Positions 37,717-47,299 of a stretch of 58,334 nucleotides of DNA are shown here, one piece after another (within the stretch, counting starts at the first letter, position 1; each line of letters starts with the position of its first letter). The notes under the pieces were generated by a model that saw nothing but the letters and a program-made list of their open reading frames with translations, was not told where the DNA came from and did no database searches. Source of the stretch: Alphaproteobacteria bacterium (GTDB taxonomy: Bacteria > Pseudomonadota > Alphaproteobacteria > UBA8366 > JADFVY01). Where the stretch lies: positions 1-58,334 of the forward strand of contig JBFIFO010000003.1 of assembly GCA_041602815.1 (NCBI GenBank). The letters run 5' to 3'. The translations under genes were made by a program, and so were the position numbers.

Positions 37717-38614
37717 CGCGGCACCTGCAGCAGAAACCCCGCGCCGCACCGTCCGGCGCAGAATCGATCGCATGGCGCTGCGCGGTCTGCTCTATCTGCT
37801 GCTCGTCGTGTTCGTCGCCTATTACATGCTGCCGCTGTTCGTCATGGCGATCACTTCTCTGAAGACCCTCGACGAGATTCGCGCGGGCTCGCTGATGAGC
37901 CTGCCCGAGAGCGCCAGCCTCACATCGTGGTCGACGGCCTGGGGTTCGGCCTGCGCCGGCATTCTGTGCGAGGGATTGCAGCCGTTTTTCTGGAACAGCG
38001 TGAAAATGGTGGTCCCGGCGGTCCTGCTGTCGACGTTTCTCGGTGCCGTGAACGGCTATGCGCTCTCGCACTGGCGCTTTCGCGGCGCCAACTTGATCTT
38101 CGCGCTGATGCTGTTCGGCTGCTTCATCCCGTTCCAGGTGGTGCTGCTGCCGATGGCGCGCACGCTCGGCATGCTCGGGCTGGCGGGGAGCCTGAGCGGC
38201 CTGGTGCTCGTGCACGTCGTCTACGGGCTGGGGTTCACCACCCTCTTCTTCCGCAATTTCTACGTCACCGTCCCCGTCGAGCTGGTGAAGGCGGCCAAGA
38301 TCGACGGCGCGGGATTTTTCACCATCTTCTTCCGGATCTTCCTGCCGCTTTCGCCGCCGATCATCGTCGTGACCGTGATATGGCAGTTCACCCAGATCTG
38401 GAACGACTTCCTGTTCGGCGTATCGTTCAGCCAGGCCGGCACGCAGCCCATCACAGTGGCGTTGAACAATATCGTCAACGCGACCACCGGCGTGAAGGAA
38501 TACAACGTCGACATGGCCGCGGCGATCATCGCTGGCCTGCCGACCCTGATCGTCTATGTGCTGGCCGGCAAGTACTTCATCCGCGGGCTGACCGCCGGTT
38601 CGGTGAAAGGGTAA
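37709..38614 (+). CDS. Sugar ABC transporter permease
   Basis: FWNSV, FIPFQ, ELVKAAKIDGA, QIWNDFLFG, YFIRGLTAGSVKG. Confidence 0.9.
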   Translation: MTDAAPAAETPRRTVRRRIDRMALRGLLYLLLVVFVAYYMLPLFVMAITSLKTLDEIRAGSLMSLPESASLTSWSTAWGSACAGILCEGLQPFFWNSVKMVVPAVLLSTFLGAVNGYALSHWRFRGANLIFALMLFGCFIPFQVVLLPMARTLGMLGLAGSLSGLVLVHVVYGLGFTTLFFRNFYVTVPVELVKAAKIDGAGFFTIFFRIFLPLSPPIIVVTVIWQFTQIWNDFLFGVSFSQAGTQPITVALNNIVNATTGVKEYNVDMAAAIIAGLPTLIVYVLAGKYFIRGLTAGSVKG

Positions 38615-38619
38615 CAAGA

Positions 38620-39738
38620 ATGGCCGGAACCAAAGACCCGGTCCTCAAGATCGAGGGACTGAGCAAGAGCTTCCAAGACGTCGATGTCCTCATGGACATC
38701 GACCTTGCGATCGACGAGGGCGCGTTCCTGGTCCTCGTCGGACCCTCGGGCTGTGGCAAGAGCACCTTGCTGAACTGCATCGCCGGCCTCGAGGAGCCGA
38801 GCGCAGGGCGGATTCAGATCGGCGGCCGCGACATGACCGCAGTGGCGCCCAAGGACCGCGACATCGCCATGGTGTTTCAGTCCTACGCGCTCTACCCGAG
38901 AATGACGGTGGCCAAGAACATCACCTTCGGAATGCAAGTCCGCGGCGCTTCGCGGGCGGAGCAGAGAGAGGCGCTCGACCAGGTCGCGAGCATGCTGCAG
39001 ATCGACCACCTGCTCGATCGCCGGCCGGCCCAGCTGTCAGGCGGCCAGCGGCAGCGCGTCGCCATGGGGCGGGCGCTGGTGCGTGAACCGAAACTGTTCC
39101 TGTTCGACGAACCGCTTTCAAACCTCGACGCTAAACTGCGGGTCGAGATGCGGGCCGAGATCAAGCGCCTGCACCAGAGGCTCGATGCCACCATCGTCTA
39201 CGTCACGCACGATCAGACGGAAGCGATGAGCCTGGCGACGGAAGTCGCGGTCATGGAGGCCGGCGTCATCGCCCAGCGCGGCCCGCCGCAGGAGGTCTAC
39301 GACTATCCGGTAAACACGTTCGTCGCCGGCTTCATCGGCTCGCCGGCAATGAACTTCATCGAGGGGTGCATCCGCACCGGCGATGGCGCGGTCGAGATCG
39401 AGATCGCGCTTGATGGCGCGACTGCCGCGCTGCCGGCTCAACACTATCCGTTCGCGGGCGGCGCGACCGATGGAGCCGAGGTGATCGTCGGCATCCGCCC
39501 CGAATATGTCGCCGGATCGGACCGGTCTTCCGATGGGCCTGCCGTCGTATTGGAACTCGTGCCGACACTCGTCGAGACCAACGGGTTCGATCAGCATGTA
39601 AATCTCGCTCTTGGCCGCGGCGAGATCGGCGGCCGGTTCAGCCCGCGCGAGCGCATCACGATCGGAACGCCGCTCCGCACGCGGATCGATCTGTCGCAGA
39701 TGTCGGTTTTCGACCGCGAATCCGGAAGGCGCCTGTGA
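38620..39738 (+). CDS. Sugar ABC transporter ATP-binding protein (MalK-like)
   Basis: GPSGCGKST, VFQSYALYP, LSGGQRQR, FLFDEPLSNLD, YVTHDQ. True start is ATG 38620 inside the longer ORF. Confidence 0.94.
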   Translation: MAGTKDPVLKIEGLSKSFQDVDVLMDIDLAIDEGAFLVLVGPSGCGKSTLLNCIAGLEEPSAGRIQIGGRDMTAVAPKDRDIAMVFQSYALYPRMTVAKNITFGMQVRGASRAEQREALDQVASMLQIDHLLDRRPAQLSGGQRQRVAMGRALVREPKLFLFDEPLSNLDAKLRVEMRAEIKRLHQRLDATIVYVTHDQTEAMSLATEVAVMEAGVIAQRGPPQEVYDYPVNTFVAGFIGSPAMNFIEGCIRTGDGAVEIEIALDGATAALPAQHYPFAGGATDGAEVIVGIRPEYVAGSDRSSDGPAVVLELVPTLVETNGFDQHVNLALGRGEIGGRFSPRERITIGTPLRTRIDLSQMSVFDRESGRRL

Positions 39739-39747
39739 CATGGCGTT

Positions 39748-40479
39748 TCAAGACCGGCATTTCAGGGCCTCGCGGATCGCGCTGACCTGATCCGTGACCG
39801 AAATCTCGTACTCCGTCGTCACTTCCAGCTCGCGATCCTCGTAAACGTTCTCTCCAGGGTGCTCTGCAACCCAGGCCGCGATGGCTTCGTCGCGGCCCCG
39901 CACCAACGCGCGGATCTGGGGCCGAAACAAGATCAGCATGTTCGAAAGCCACAAATTGACCGCCCATGAAGGACGCACGTGGTCAATGACAAAATAATTG
40001 ACCATTCGGCACACGTCCTCTGCGGTGTACCAGACTTCGCCGGTCACCCAGCGGTTGGTCGTGAACAGCTTGATCGGGTTGCCCTGCTTGTCGCAGGAGA
40101 TCGCGATCAGATGGCTCAGCGCGTCGTTCTCCCCTTTCGGCGGTTCGAAATCGGGCAGCGGGACGGGCTCGATGCCAGGCGGCATGCCCTTCGGCCGCAG
40201 GAAGGTGTGAAAGTGGCCGTGCTCGCCCGGACGCTGATCCTTGGGATGGGCGTGATAATAGTACTGTGCGTTGCTCCGCGGATCGAAGACGTCGCCCTCT
40301 GGATAATGAGTCCACTCGTAGAAGGTCTCGACATCGTGCAGCAGCTCGCCGACGATGTTGTCGCCGGTATTGCCGAGCACGCGGACGCATTCGAGGACTT
40401 TCTCGCCTGCCGCCAGCATGCCCGCGAGTTCCGCTTCCGGCAGCCCGGTCAGATCGACCGCTTCGACTTCCTTCAGCAC
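39748..40479 (-). CDS. His-rich conserved hypothetical protein (DUF6969-like)
   Basis: HYPEGDVFD, QYYYHAH, EHGHFHTF, LSHLIAIS, LFTTNRWVTGE. The family name is from recall. Confidence 0.7.
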   Translation of the reverse strand: MLKEVEAVDLTGLPEAELAGMLAAGEKVLECVRVLGNTGDNIVGELLHDVETFYEWTHYPEGDVFDPRSNAQYYYHAHPKDQRPGEHGHFHTFLRPKGMPPGIEPVPLPDFEPPKGENDALSHLIAISCDKQGNPIKLFTTNRWVTGEVWYTAEDVCRMVNYFVIDHVRPSWAVNLWLSNMLILFRPQIRALVRGRDEAIAAWVAEHPGENVYEDRELEVTTEYEISVTDQVSAIREALKCRS

Positions 40480-40554
40480 GCCGCATCCCTTCCTGTCTGG
40501 TAGTCCGGTTTTATCGGCCAGATCACGAAAATGCCAGTCACCTGTTGTTGATCG

Positions 40555-41430
40555 TCAGTCGGCATCGGCGACCCGCACCAGCCGGAAACCGATCAGAATG
40601 TGTTTGAGTGTCCGGGGGCGGGAATGGCGCGCCGCAGGGCGGCACACGCCACACCCCTTGTCGTCCCATGACCCGCCTTTTACGATGAAACGGTCGGCGC
40701 CGGCGGGCGTTGCGGTCCATTCGAAGACCTGCCCGGCCGCGTCCAGCATGCCGAACGGGCTCGCACCCGACGCGATGCTGCCGGCCCGCACGGTATCGAA
40801 CGGCCCGCCGTCATGACTGTTGAGACGTTGCGGGTCGAACTGGTCACCCCACGGGAAGCGGCGGCCGTCGACGCCCCGCGCCGCCTTTTCCCACTCCGCT
40901 TCGGTCGGCAGCCGCCAGTTACGGCCGGTTTCCTCGCTGAGCCACCTGGCAAACGCTGCGGCGTCGTCGTGACTCACCAGAATCACCGGATGGTCCTCTC
41001 GGCCGGGCGGCGGCGCGCCGTTGCGCCACAGGTAACGCGCGACTCGGCCGTACGGGTGGGTCAGGCCGTAGCTGGCCCACGTCTCCGGATCGACATCCGG
41101 GGGTGGCCAGGCGCTGGCCGTCACGAAGCGTGCGTACAGCGCGTTGGTGACCGGGCGCTGCATGATGGCGTAACGGCCGGTCGTGACGGTTTGACGAGGC
41201 AATTCGCCGCCGTACCAGCCCTGCTGCCGCGTGACGTCATGGCCGTAGGCCGCTTCGTCCAATTCGTAGGCGGCCGCCCGTTCCTCGTCGTCCGAACCCA
41301 TGACGAACGGTCCCGCCGGAACCTCCACGAACACGGGTTCCGGCGCTCCTGCCGGCGCTGCCCCCGTAAGAAGGCACAGCAGGATCGGCGGGATCAGCAG
41401 GTTCGGCGGGAGTCGCATCATTTTTTTCAT
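40555..41430 (-). CDS. Formylglycine-generating enzyme (SUMF1/EgtB/PvdO) fold protein, exported
   Basis: Signal peptide; VPAGPFVMGS, PVTNALY, HPVILVSHDDA, RLPTEAEWEKAARG, FPWG, DAAGQVFEW, VKGGSW, IGFR. Confidence 0.88.
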   Translation of the reverse strand: MKKMMRLPPNLLIPPILLCLLTGAAPAGAPEPVFVEVPAGPFVMGSDDEERAAAYELDEAAYGHDVTRQQGWYGGELPRQTVTTGRYAIMQRPVTNALYARFVTASAWPPPDVDPETWASYGLTHPYGRVARYLWRNGAPPPGREDHPVILVSHDDAAAFARWLSEETGRNWRLPTEAEWEKAARGVDGRRFPWGDQFDPQRLNSHDGGPFDTVRAGSIASGASPFGMLDAAGQVFEWTATPAGADRFIVKGGSWDDKGCGVCRPAARHSRPRTLKHILIGFRLVRVADAD

Positions 41431-41603
41431 GCTGTGCTCTTACGCCAATGCTTTCATCATCGGCCCGGTCAGCCAAGCTCACCGGCCGGGTGCACCGGGG
41501 AACCGTGAACGTATCTCAGGCCGGAGTCGGCCGCCTCTCCTTGCGGACCGTCTCAGGGCTACACATTCTATTTACGTTCGATGCATATCATGACCGAATC
41601 ACC

Positions 41604-42200
41604 ATGCGCCGATATCGACGAATAGCCCTTACCGCGCTGATCCTTGTTGTCGCTGCGAGCAGCCCGACCATAGCCGATCCGTTGCAGCTGCGGGGCGAAA
41701 TAAGCCGCAGTGAAACGCTGGTCCACCGCTTCAAGCACGGGGAACTCTTGTACGAATTCCGCCTTGTCCCCTCCGGCAGCGGCTGGACGATCTGGATCGG
41801 CGATCCCTTGCAGCGCGAGTACAACTATGTGGCCGCTGTGACAGCACCTTTCCGCGGCATCAATCCCGCCGTCATCGAGGGCTGGCACTTTCGCAACAAG
41901 GACAACACCGGACCGAACGAGGCCGGCGCCGGCAACGTCAATGCGCCACAGCGGGAACGCCGTTTCGCGTTCGTGAAGGATAATGCCGGCTTCCAGGCGG
42001 CGCAGGAGGCGCTGGACGTGCTGCTGTGGCCCGACGGCCACCCCGATGCGGAAATCCAGGAGGCGGAACAACGTCTCGCACAGATTCCACGCTTCGAGGG
42101 CATGCTGTTGATCGAAGCGCTCGAACTTGGCAATCTGATGCCGGGTGAGCGCGCGCACATCGAACGCATGGCGTTCCGCGTTACGCTGGAACTTCCGTGA
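41604..42200 (+). CDS. Secreted hypothetical protein
   Basis: Basic-hydrophobic signal peptide (MRRYRRIALTALILVVAASSPTIA); typical codon usage; IEGWHFRN and GNVNAP segments. Confidence 0.65.
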   Translation: MRRYRRIALTALILVVAASSPTIADPLQLRGEISRSETLVHRFKHGELLYEFRLVPSGSGWTIWIGDPLQREYNYVAAVTAPFRGINPAVIEGWHFRNKDNTGPNEAGAGNVNAPQRERRFAFVKDNAGFQAAQEALDVLLWPDGHPDAEIQEAEQRLAQIPRFEGMLLIEALELGNLMPGERAHIERMAFRVTLELP

Positions 42201-42359
42201 AACGGCCACCTTCGTTCGGAAAAGGCGCCATATTCACTTCGCATTAACCAAGAGCCGCCAAGGTTACGACGCGACCGGTTCGCGTCCTGTGTGTGCAGCG
42301 GCTGCGTTTCACGGCGCAACCCGCTTGCCCGATCGACCCGATAACCCGAGGATCAGACC

Positions 42360-44213
42360 ATGACCACTCTCATCCTTGCCATTGTCGTCGTTCTCGCCGC
42401 CTGGTTCGGTGCCGGCTATGTCACGTCCAGTGACCCCGCCTATGACCGGTTGCTGTCCTCCGCCCGGTTCGGCATACGCGGCCTCGGAATTCTGATCGCC
42501 CTCGCTCTCATCGCATCGCTATCATTCGTCTACATCGACAAAGACCAGACCGGTCACAAGGACAAGGTCTACGGGTTCAATTCCTTGCAGGAGGGCGCCA
42601 TCCTGGCGACCCAGGGGGAAATGGGGCCGCAGGCGGATATCCTGCCGCCCGGGTTCCATTTCCAGCCGGCCCTGCGCATCCAGTACAACGTGACGATGGA
42701 GGATGTCATCGAGATCCCGTCGGGCCGGTACGGTTTCCTCGTCGCGCGCGACGGCCAGCCGCTGCGGGACGACCAGACCTATGCCGATCCGTTCGCCGCC
42801 GAAGATGCGGACAAGATGATCAATGACGCGACCTACTTCCTGTCCAACGGCGGGCAAAAGGGCCCGCAGACCACGGTGCTGACGCCCGGCAAGTACCGCC
42901 TGAACCATTTCCTCTGGAGTGTCGAGATGGGGTCGGTCACCGACATCCCGAAGGGGTTCGTCGGCGTCGTGAAGTCCAATGTCCGTTCCCGCGTCGATTT
43001 CGGCAATTTGCGTGCCGACCGGCCGGCCGACTGCTCGCCGACCGCCGATGTCGGCGAACTCAAGGGTGTGCTGAGCGTGCCGCTGGTGCCGGTCGGCTGC
43101 ATCGGCGTCTGGGAACAGGCGCTGAATCCCGGCAAGTACTACATCAACGAGAAGGCCTATACCGTCACGCTGGTCGACACGCGGGTGCAGACCTGGGAGT
43201 ACCGCGGCGGCTTCACGCGTCGGCAGATCTCGCTGGCGGTGGACCAGCAGGGACGCATCACCCAGCGTGAGGAATCGGAAAACGTGCCGGTGCCGCAGAA
43301 CGCGGCGGACGAGGCGATCTTTTTGAAGATCGAGGGCTGGACCATTGCCCAGCAGCTGCGCGTTCTCGTCCAGGTGACGCCGGAGCACGCGCCGTTCGTG
43401 GTCGCCTCGGTCGGCGGCCTGCAGGAGGTCGAGGACCGCATCATGAGCCCGGCCGTGCAGTCCGTCGTGCGCAACGTCGCCGGCGGTATGATCCGCGTGC
43501 CGACCCAGATTCTCGATCCGAGCGGGAGCCCGATCCTTGATGCGAGCGGCGAGCCCGAGATGCGCACGATCACGCGCCGCGTCCGCGTGCTCGACGTGAT
43601 TGAGAACCGCACCGCGCTGGAGGAGGCGGTCGAGGCGATCATCCGGGACGAGGGCCTGAAGGCGGGCGTCGACATCAAGGAGGTGCGGCTCCTGGAGCCC
43701 GACCTGCCGCCAGAGCTTCTGGTCGCCCGCAAACGCGAACAGCTGGCGCAGCAGCTCGCCAAGGCCTATCACCAGGAGCGCGGCGCGCAGAGCGAGCGGA
43801 TCAAGACCGAGCAGACGCGCGCCACCGCCGACCAGCAGGACAAGCTCGTCGAGGCACAGATCGAGGTGAAACGCTCGGAGCAGTTCGCGCTGGCGCGGCG
43901 CAACGAGGGTCAGGGTGAGCGCGACAAGTTGATGCTGATCGCCGAGGGCCAGAAGTCGCAATCGGCAATCCTCGGCGAGGACCGGGTTGTCGAGCTGCGC
44001 AAGTTCGAGTTCGTTGTCGGCCGATTGCTGGACTTCTTCGACGCCAATCCCGAAGTGCTGACCTCGGCGTTGACCAACGCCCAGAAATTCGTGCCGGAGC
44101 GGGTCTTCACCCTCGGCGCTGCAAACGGTGCTGGCGGCCTGGCCGGCGCCGCCGGTGTGCTCGGCGATTTCCTCGACAGCGGCACCAAGAAGGAGCCCGC
44201 CGCGAATCAGTGA
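42360..44213 (+). CDS. Large SPFH/band-7 domain membrane protein
   Basis: Two N-terminal TM; three G-x-Q/W-x(3-4)-L-x-PG repeats; SPFH-like core (VQSVVRNVAG, GVDIKEVRL); C-terminal coiled coil; RBS GAGG. Confidence 0.8.
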   Translation: MTTLILAIVVVLAAWFGAGYVTSSDPAYDRLLSSARFGIRGLGILIALALIASLSFVYIDKDQTGHKDKVYGFNSLQEGAILATQGEMGPQADILPPGFHFQPALRIQYNVTMEDVIEIPSGRYGFLVARDGQPLRDDQTYADPFAAEDADKMINDATYFLSNGGQKGPQTTVLTPGKYRLNHFLWSVEMGSVTDIPKGFVGVVKSNVRSRVDFGNLRADRPADCSPTADVGELKGVLSVPLVPVGCIGVWEQALNPGKYYINEKAYTVTLVDTRVQTWEYRGGFTRRQISLAVDQQGRITQREESENVPVPQNAADEAIFLKIEGWTIAQQLRVLVQVTPEHAPFVVASVGGLQEVEDRIMSPAVQSVVRNVAGGMIRVPTQILDPSGSPILDASGEPEMRTITRRVRVLDVIENRTALEEAVEAIIRDEGLKAGVDIKEVRLLEPDLPPELLVARKREQLAQQLAKAYHQERGAQSERIKTEQTRATADQQDKLVEAQIEVKRSEQFALARRNEGQGERDKLMLIAEGQKSQSAILGEDRVVELRKFEFVVGRLLDFFDANPEVLTSALTNAQKFVPERVFTLGAANGAGGLAGAAGVLGDFLDSGTKKEPAANQ

Positions 44214-44229
44214 CGCCGGGGTTCGCGCC

Positions 44230-44658
44230 TCAATCGCGCACCACGAGCACGGAACAGTCCGCGTGCCGGACGACGCGGGCGGCGTTCGGGCCGAGCAGAT
44301 AGTCGGCCTGGCCCGGCCGGTGCGCCGCCATGACGATGAGATCGGCGCCGGTGCGCTCCGCGGCGGTCAGGATCTCTTCGTAAACGATACCGTGGTCGAC
44401 ATCGTGCGCGACGGCGATCTCGCCAGGGACATGCGCGGCGACGAACTCCTTCAGCGCCCGCGCCGCGTCGCTCAGAGCCCGCTTTTCGTAGCCGTCCGGA
44501 AAGAACGAGCCCACGATCGCCATGCCGAAATCGGGCACCACGGTCATCACATGCAATTTGGCGCCGTGCGTGCGGCACAGCTCGAGCGCCGTCGGCAGCG
44601 CCTTCTTCCACGACGACTCCTCGTTCAGATCAATGGGCAGCAGAATGGTCTGGTACAT
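44230..44658 (-). CDS. Universal stress protein (TeaD/UspG-like)
   Basis: MYQTILLPIDL, ADLIVMAAH, LLGPNAARVVRHADCSVLVVR; sits directly after a TRAP permease. Confidence 0.92.
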   Translation of the reverse strand: MYQTILLPIDLNEESSWKKALPTALELCRTHGAKLHVMTVVPDFGMAIVGSFFPDGYEKRALSDAARALKEFVAAHVPGEIAVAHDVDHGIVYEEILTAAERTGADLIVMAAHRPGQADYLLGPNAARVVRHADCSVLVVRD

Positions 44659-44669
44659 GGCTCTTATCA

Positions 44670-47258
44670 CTATGCTGTTGCCGCGCCCGGAGCCGGCCGG
44701 CGCCGGCGCTGCAGGAAGACGATCAGGGCCAGAAGGCCCAGCGCCGGGATATAGATAAGCTGTTTTGGCGGCTGGTCCGCCTCAACCTGTACGTCGAGGA
44801 TCTCCCAGTCGAAATCGACACCCGCGGCCTCGGCCGCCGTCCCGAACACGATGTTGTCGACCAGCGTCTTGCCGTCCTGCTGGCGAACCTCGATCCCGCC
44901 ATGGGCGAGCCGGTCCGCGCCCGGCCCCGCCGGGCCGAGCGGCAGAGGCACGAACTTGGTCACAAATTCACCGTCGATCGTCTCGCCCGACATGCGCACC
45001 CGCAGGATCGTGTTGGGAGGCTGCGCCTCGGCGATCGCCACGATCTCGGCGGCCGGGCGGGTCTCGAGCGGCGCGACGATCATGTCCATCCAGAAGCCGG
45101 GGCGGAACAGCGTCAGCGCAATTGCGATCAGCATCAGGGATTCCCACAGGCGGCTGCGGACCAGGAAAAACCCCTGCGTGCCCGCCGCGAACAGCAGCAT
45201 CGCCGCCACCGCCGAGGAGATGACCAGGAGCAGATACGGCACGCTGTCGATGCCGATCATCAGAAGCTCAGTGTTGAAAATGAAGATGAACGGCAGGATC
45301 GCCGTGCGGATATCGTAGGCGAAGCCCTGCAGGCCTGTCCGGATCGGATCGCCACGGGATATGGCGGCGGCGGCGTAGGCGGCGAGCCCCACCGGCGGCG
45401 TATCGTCCGCCAGGATGCCGAAATAGAACACGAACATATGCACCGCGATCAGCGGCACGATCAGGCCGGCCTCGGCACCAAGCGTCACGATCACCGGCGC
45501 CATCAGGGTCGAGACGACTATGTAGTTCGCGGTGGTCGGCAGCCCCATGCCCAGAACCAGGCTGATCAGGGCGGTGAACACGAGCATGAGAACCAGATTG
45601 CCGCCGGAAATGAACTCGACGAATTCCGTCATCACGAGGCCGATGCCGGTCAGCGTCACCGTGCCGACGACGATGCCGGCGGCCGCCGTGGCGACGCCGA
45701 TACCGATCATGTTGCGGGCGCCTGAGACCAGCCCGTCGAAAAGGTCCACGAACCCGGCGCGCGTCTGGGCCGATTTGTGCTCGCCGTTGCCGCGGAAGAC
45801 GGCCAGTATCGGCTTGTGGGTCGCGACGATGAATATCATGAACAGTGTGGCGTAGAAGGCGGAGAGGCCTGGCGAGAAGCGTTCGACGGTCAGGCACCAG
45901 ACCAGCAGGACGACCGGCAGCAGGAAGTAAAGACCCGACTTCACCGTCGGCCCGGGCTCCGGCAGTTCCACAACCTCCGCATTGGGATCGTCGACCTTCA
46001 GTTCGGGGAAGCGCGCCGCATACCATACCAGCCCGACATACGCGGCGAGGGTCAGCGCGCCGATGATCCAGATAGCGATGCTCGGGACAAGGACCTTGAT
46101 CCATCCGACTCCGTAGTAAACGAAGGCCGTCAGCGCGATCAGGCCGGTGATCGTGAATGCGAACACCATGAGTGTCTGCGCGAGGGTGGGTTTGCGCCGT
46201 CTGGGCAACCCCTCCATGTTGGCCTTCATGGCCTCCAGATGCACGATATAGACCAGCGCGATATAGGAGATCACCGCCGGCAGGAAGGCGTGCTTGATCA
46301 CGTCGACATAGGAGATGCCGACATATTCGACCATCAGGAATGCCGCCGCCCCCATGATCGGCGGCGTCAGCTGGCCGTTGGTCGAGGACGCGACCTCGAC
46401 CGCGCCTGCCTTGGTCGCCGGAAAGCCGACCCGCTTCATCAGCGGGATTGTGAAAGTGCCGGTCGTTACCACGTTGGCGATGGACGACCCGGAGATCAGC
46501 CCGGTCATGCCGGACGAAACGACCGCCGCCTTGGCCGGCCCGCCCCGCATATGGCCCAGGAGCGAGAATGCCACCTTGATGAAGTAGTTGCCGGCGCCGG
46601 CCTTCTCCAGCAACGCCCCAAACAGCACGAACAGGAACACGAAGCTGGTCGACACGCCGAGCGCGACCCCGAACACGCCCTCGGTCGAGAGCCACTGATG
46701 GGACATCACCTTGTTCAGGCTGGCGCCCTTGTGGGCGATCACGTCGGGCATGTAAGGCCCGCCGAACGTGTAGATCAGGAACACCGCCGCCACGACCATG
46801 AGCGGCGGACCGAGCGCGCGCCGCGTGGCCTCCAGCAGCAACAGCAGCCCGACGGCGCCGACGGCGACGTCGTACCATGTCGGATCGCCGGGCCGGGCCG
46901 ACAGGGCGTCATAGAACAGGTAGATATAGGCGGCGCAGAAAGATCCGATCAGCGCCATGCCCCAGTCCTGGATCGGGATGTGGTCCCGCGGCGAGCGTTT
47001 GAGCGCTGGAAAGGCGGTGTACGTCAAGAAGATGGAGAAGGCGAGATGGATCGCGCGCGCCTCGGTATCGTTGAGCACGCCGAAGCCGAACATGAACGGC
47101 AAGGGAGAGGCGTACCAGAGCTGGAACAAGGACCAGGCCAGCGGCACGTAGATCAGCAGGTTGCGCGAAACCGAGCCGGTCGGCGCGCGCGCTCCGGTAT
47201 CCGCTTCGGCGACGAAATCCTCTGCCGATGTCCCTTTCAGCGGTTCGTTTTCGGCCAC
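44670..47258 (-). CDS. TAXI-type TRAP transporter fused 4TM/12TM permease
   Basis: GVFGVALGVS, GGPAKAAV, ISGSSIANVVTTG, PPIMGAAAF, GMGLPTTANY, ADDTPPVG; 862 aa. Confidence 0.93.
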   Translation of the reverse strand: MAENEPLKGTSAEDFVAEADTGARAPTGSVSRNLLIYVPLAWSLFQLWYASPLPFMFGFGVLNDTEARAIHLAFSIFLTYTAFPALKRSPRDHIPIQDWGMALIGSFCAAYIYLFYDALSARPGDPTWYDVAVGAVGLLLLLEATRRALGPPLMVVAAVFLIYTFGGPYMPDVIAHKGASLNKVMSHQWLSTEGVFGVALGVSTSFVFLFVLFGALLEKAGAGNYFIKVAFSLLGHMRGGPAKAAVVSSGMTGLISGSSIANVVTTGTFTIPLMKRVGFPATKAGAVEVASSTNGQLTPPIMGAAAFLMVEYVGISYVDVIKHAFLPAVISYIALVYIVHLEAMKANMEGLPRRRKPTLAQTLMVFAFTITGLIALTAFVYYGVGWIKVLVPSIAIWIIGALTLAAYVGLVWYAARFPELKVDDPNAEVVELPEPGPTVKSGLYFLLPVVLLVWCLTVERFSPGLSAFYATLFMIFIVATHKPILAVFRGNGEHKSAQTRAGFVDLFDGLVSGARNMIGIGVATAAAGIVVGTVTLTGIGLVMTEFVEFISGGNLVLMLVFTALISLVLGMGLPTTANYIVVSTLMAPVIVTLGAEAGLIVPLIAVHMFVFYFGILADDTPPVGLAAYAAAAISRGDPIRTGLQGFAYDIRTAILPFIFIFNTELLMIGIDSVPYLLLVISSAVAAMLLFAAGTQGFFLVRSRLWESLMLIAIALTLFRPGFWMDMIVAPLETRPAAEIVAIAEAQPPNTILRVRMSGETIDGEFVTKFVPLPLGPAGPGADRLAHGGIEVRQQDGKTLVDNIVFGTAAEAAGVDFDWEILDVQVEADQPPKQLIYIPALGLLALIVFLQRRRRPAPGAATA

Positions 47259-47299
47259 CTGGTATCCCCCATTTTCATTTTGTTGTTTCCCGTCCCTAC

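Noticed and set aside
37927-39738. 603-aa ORF suggesting an extended ABC ATPase
   Set aside because: The first ~230 aa overlap the permease in another frame and are Arg/Gly-rich noise; the real start is 38620.
35538-39738. Sugar ABC transporter lacking an adjacent regulator or catabolic genes
   Set aside because: Ordinary Gts-like transporter; missing neighbours are not informative in a single window.
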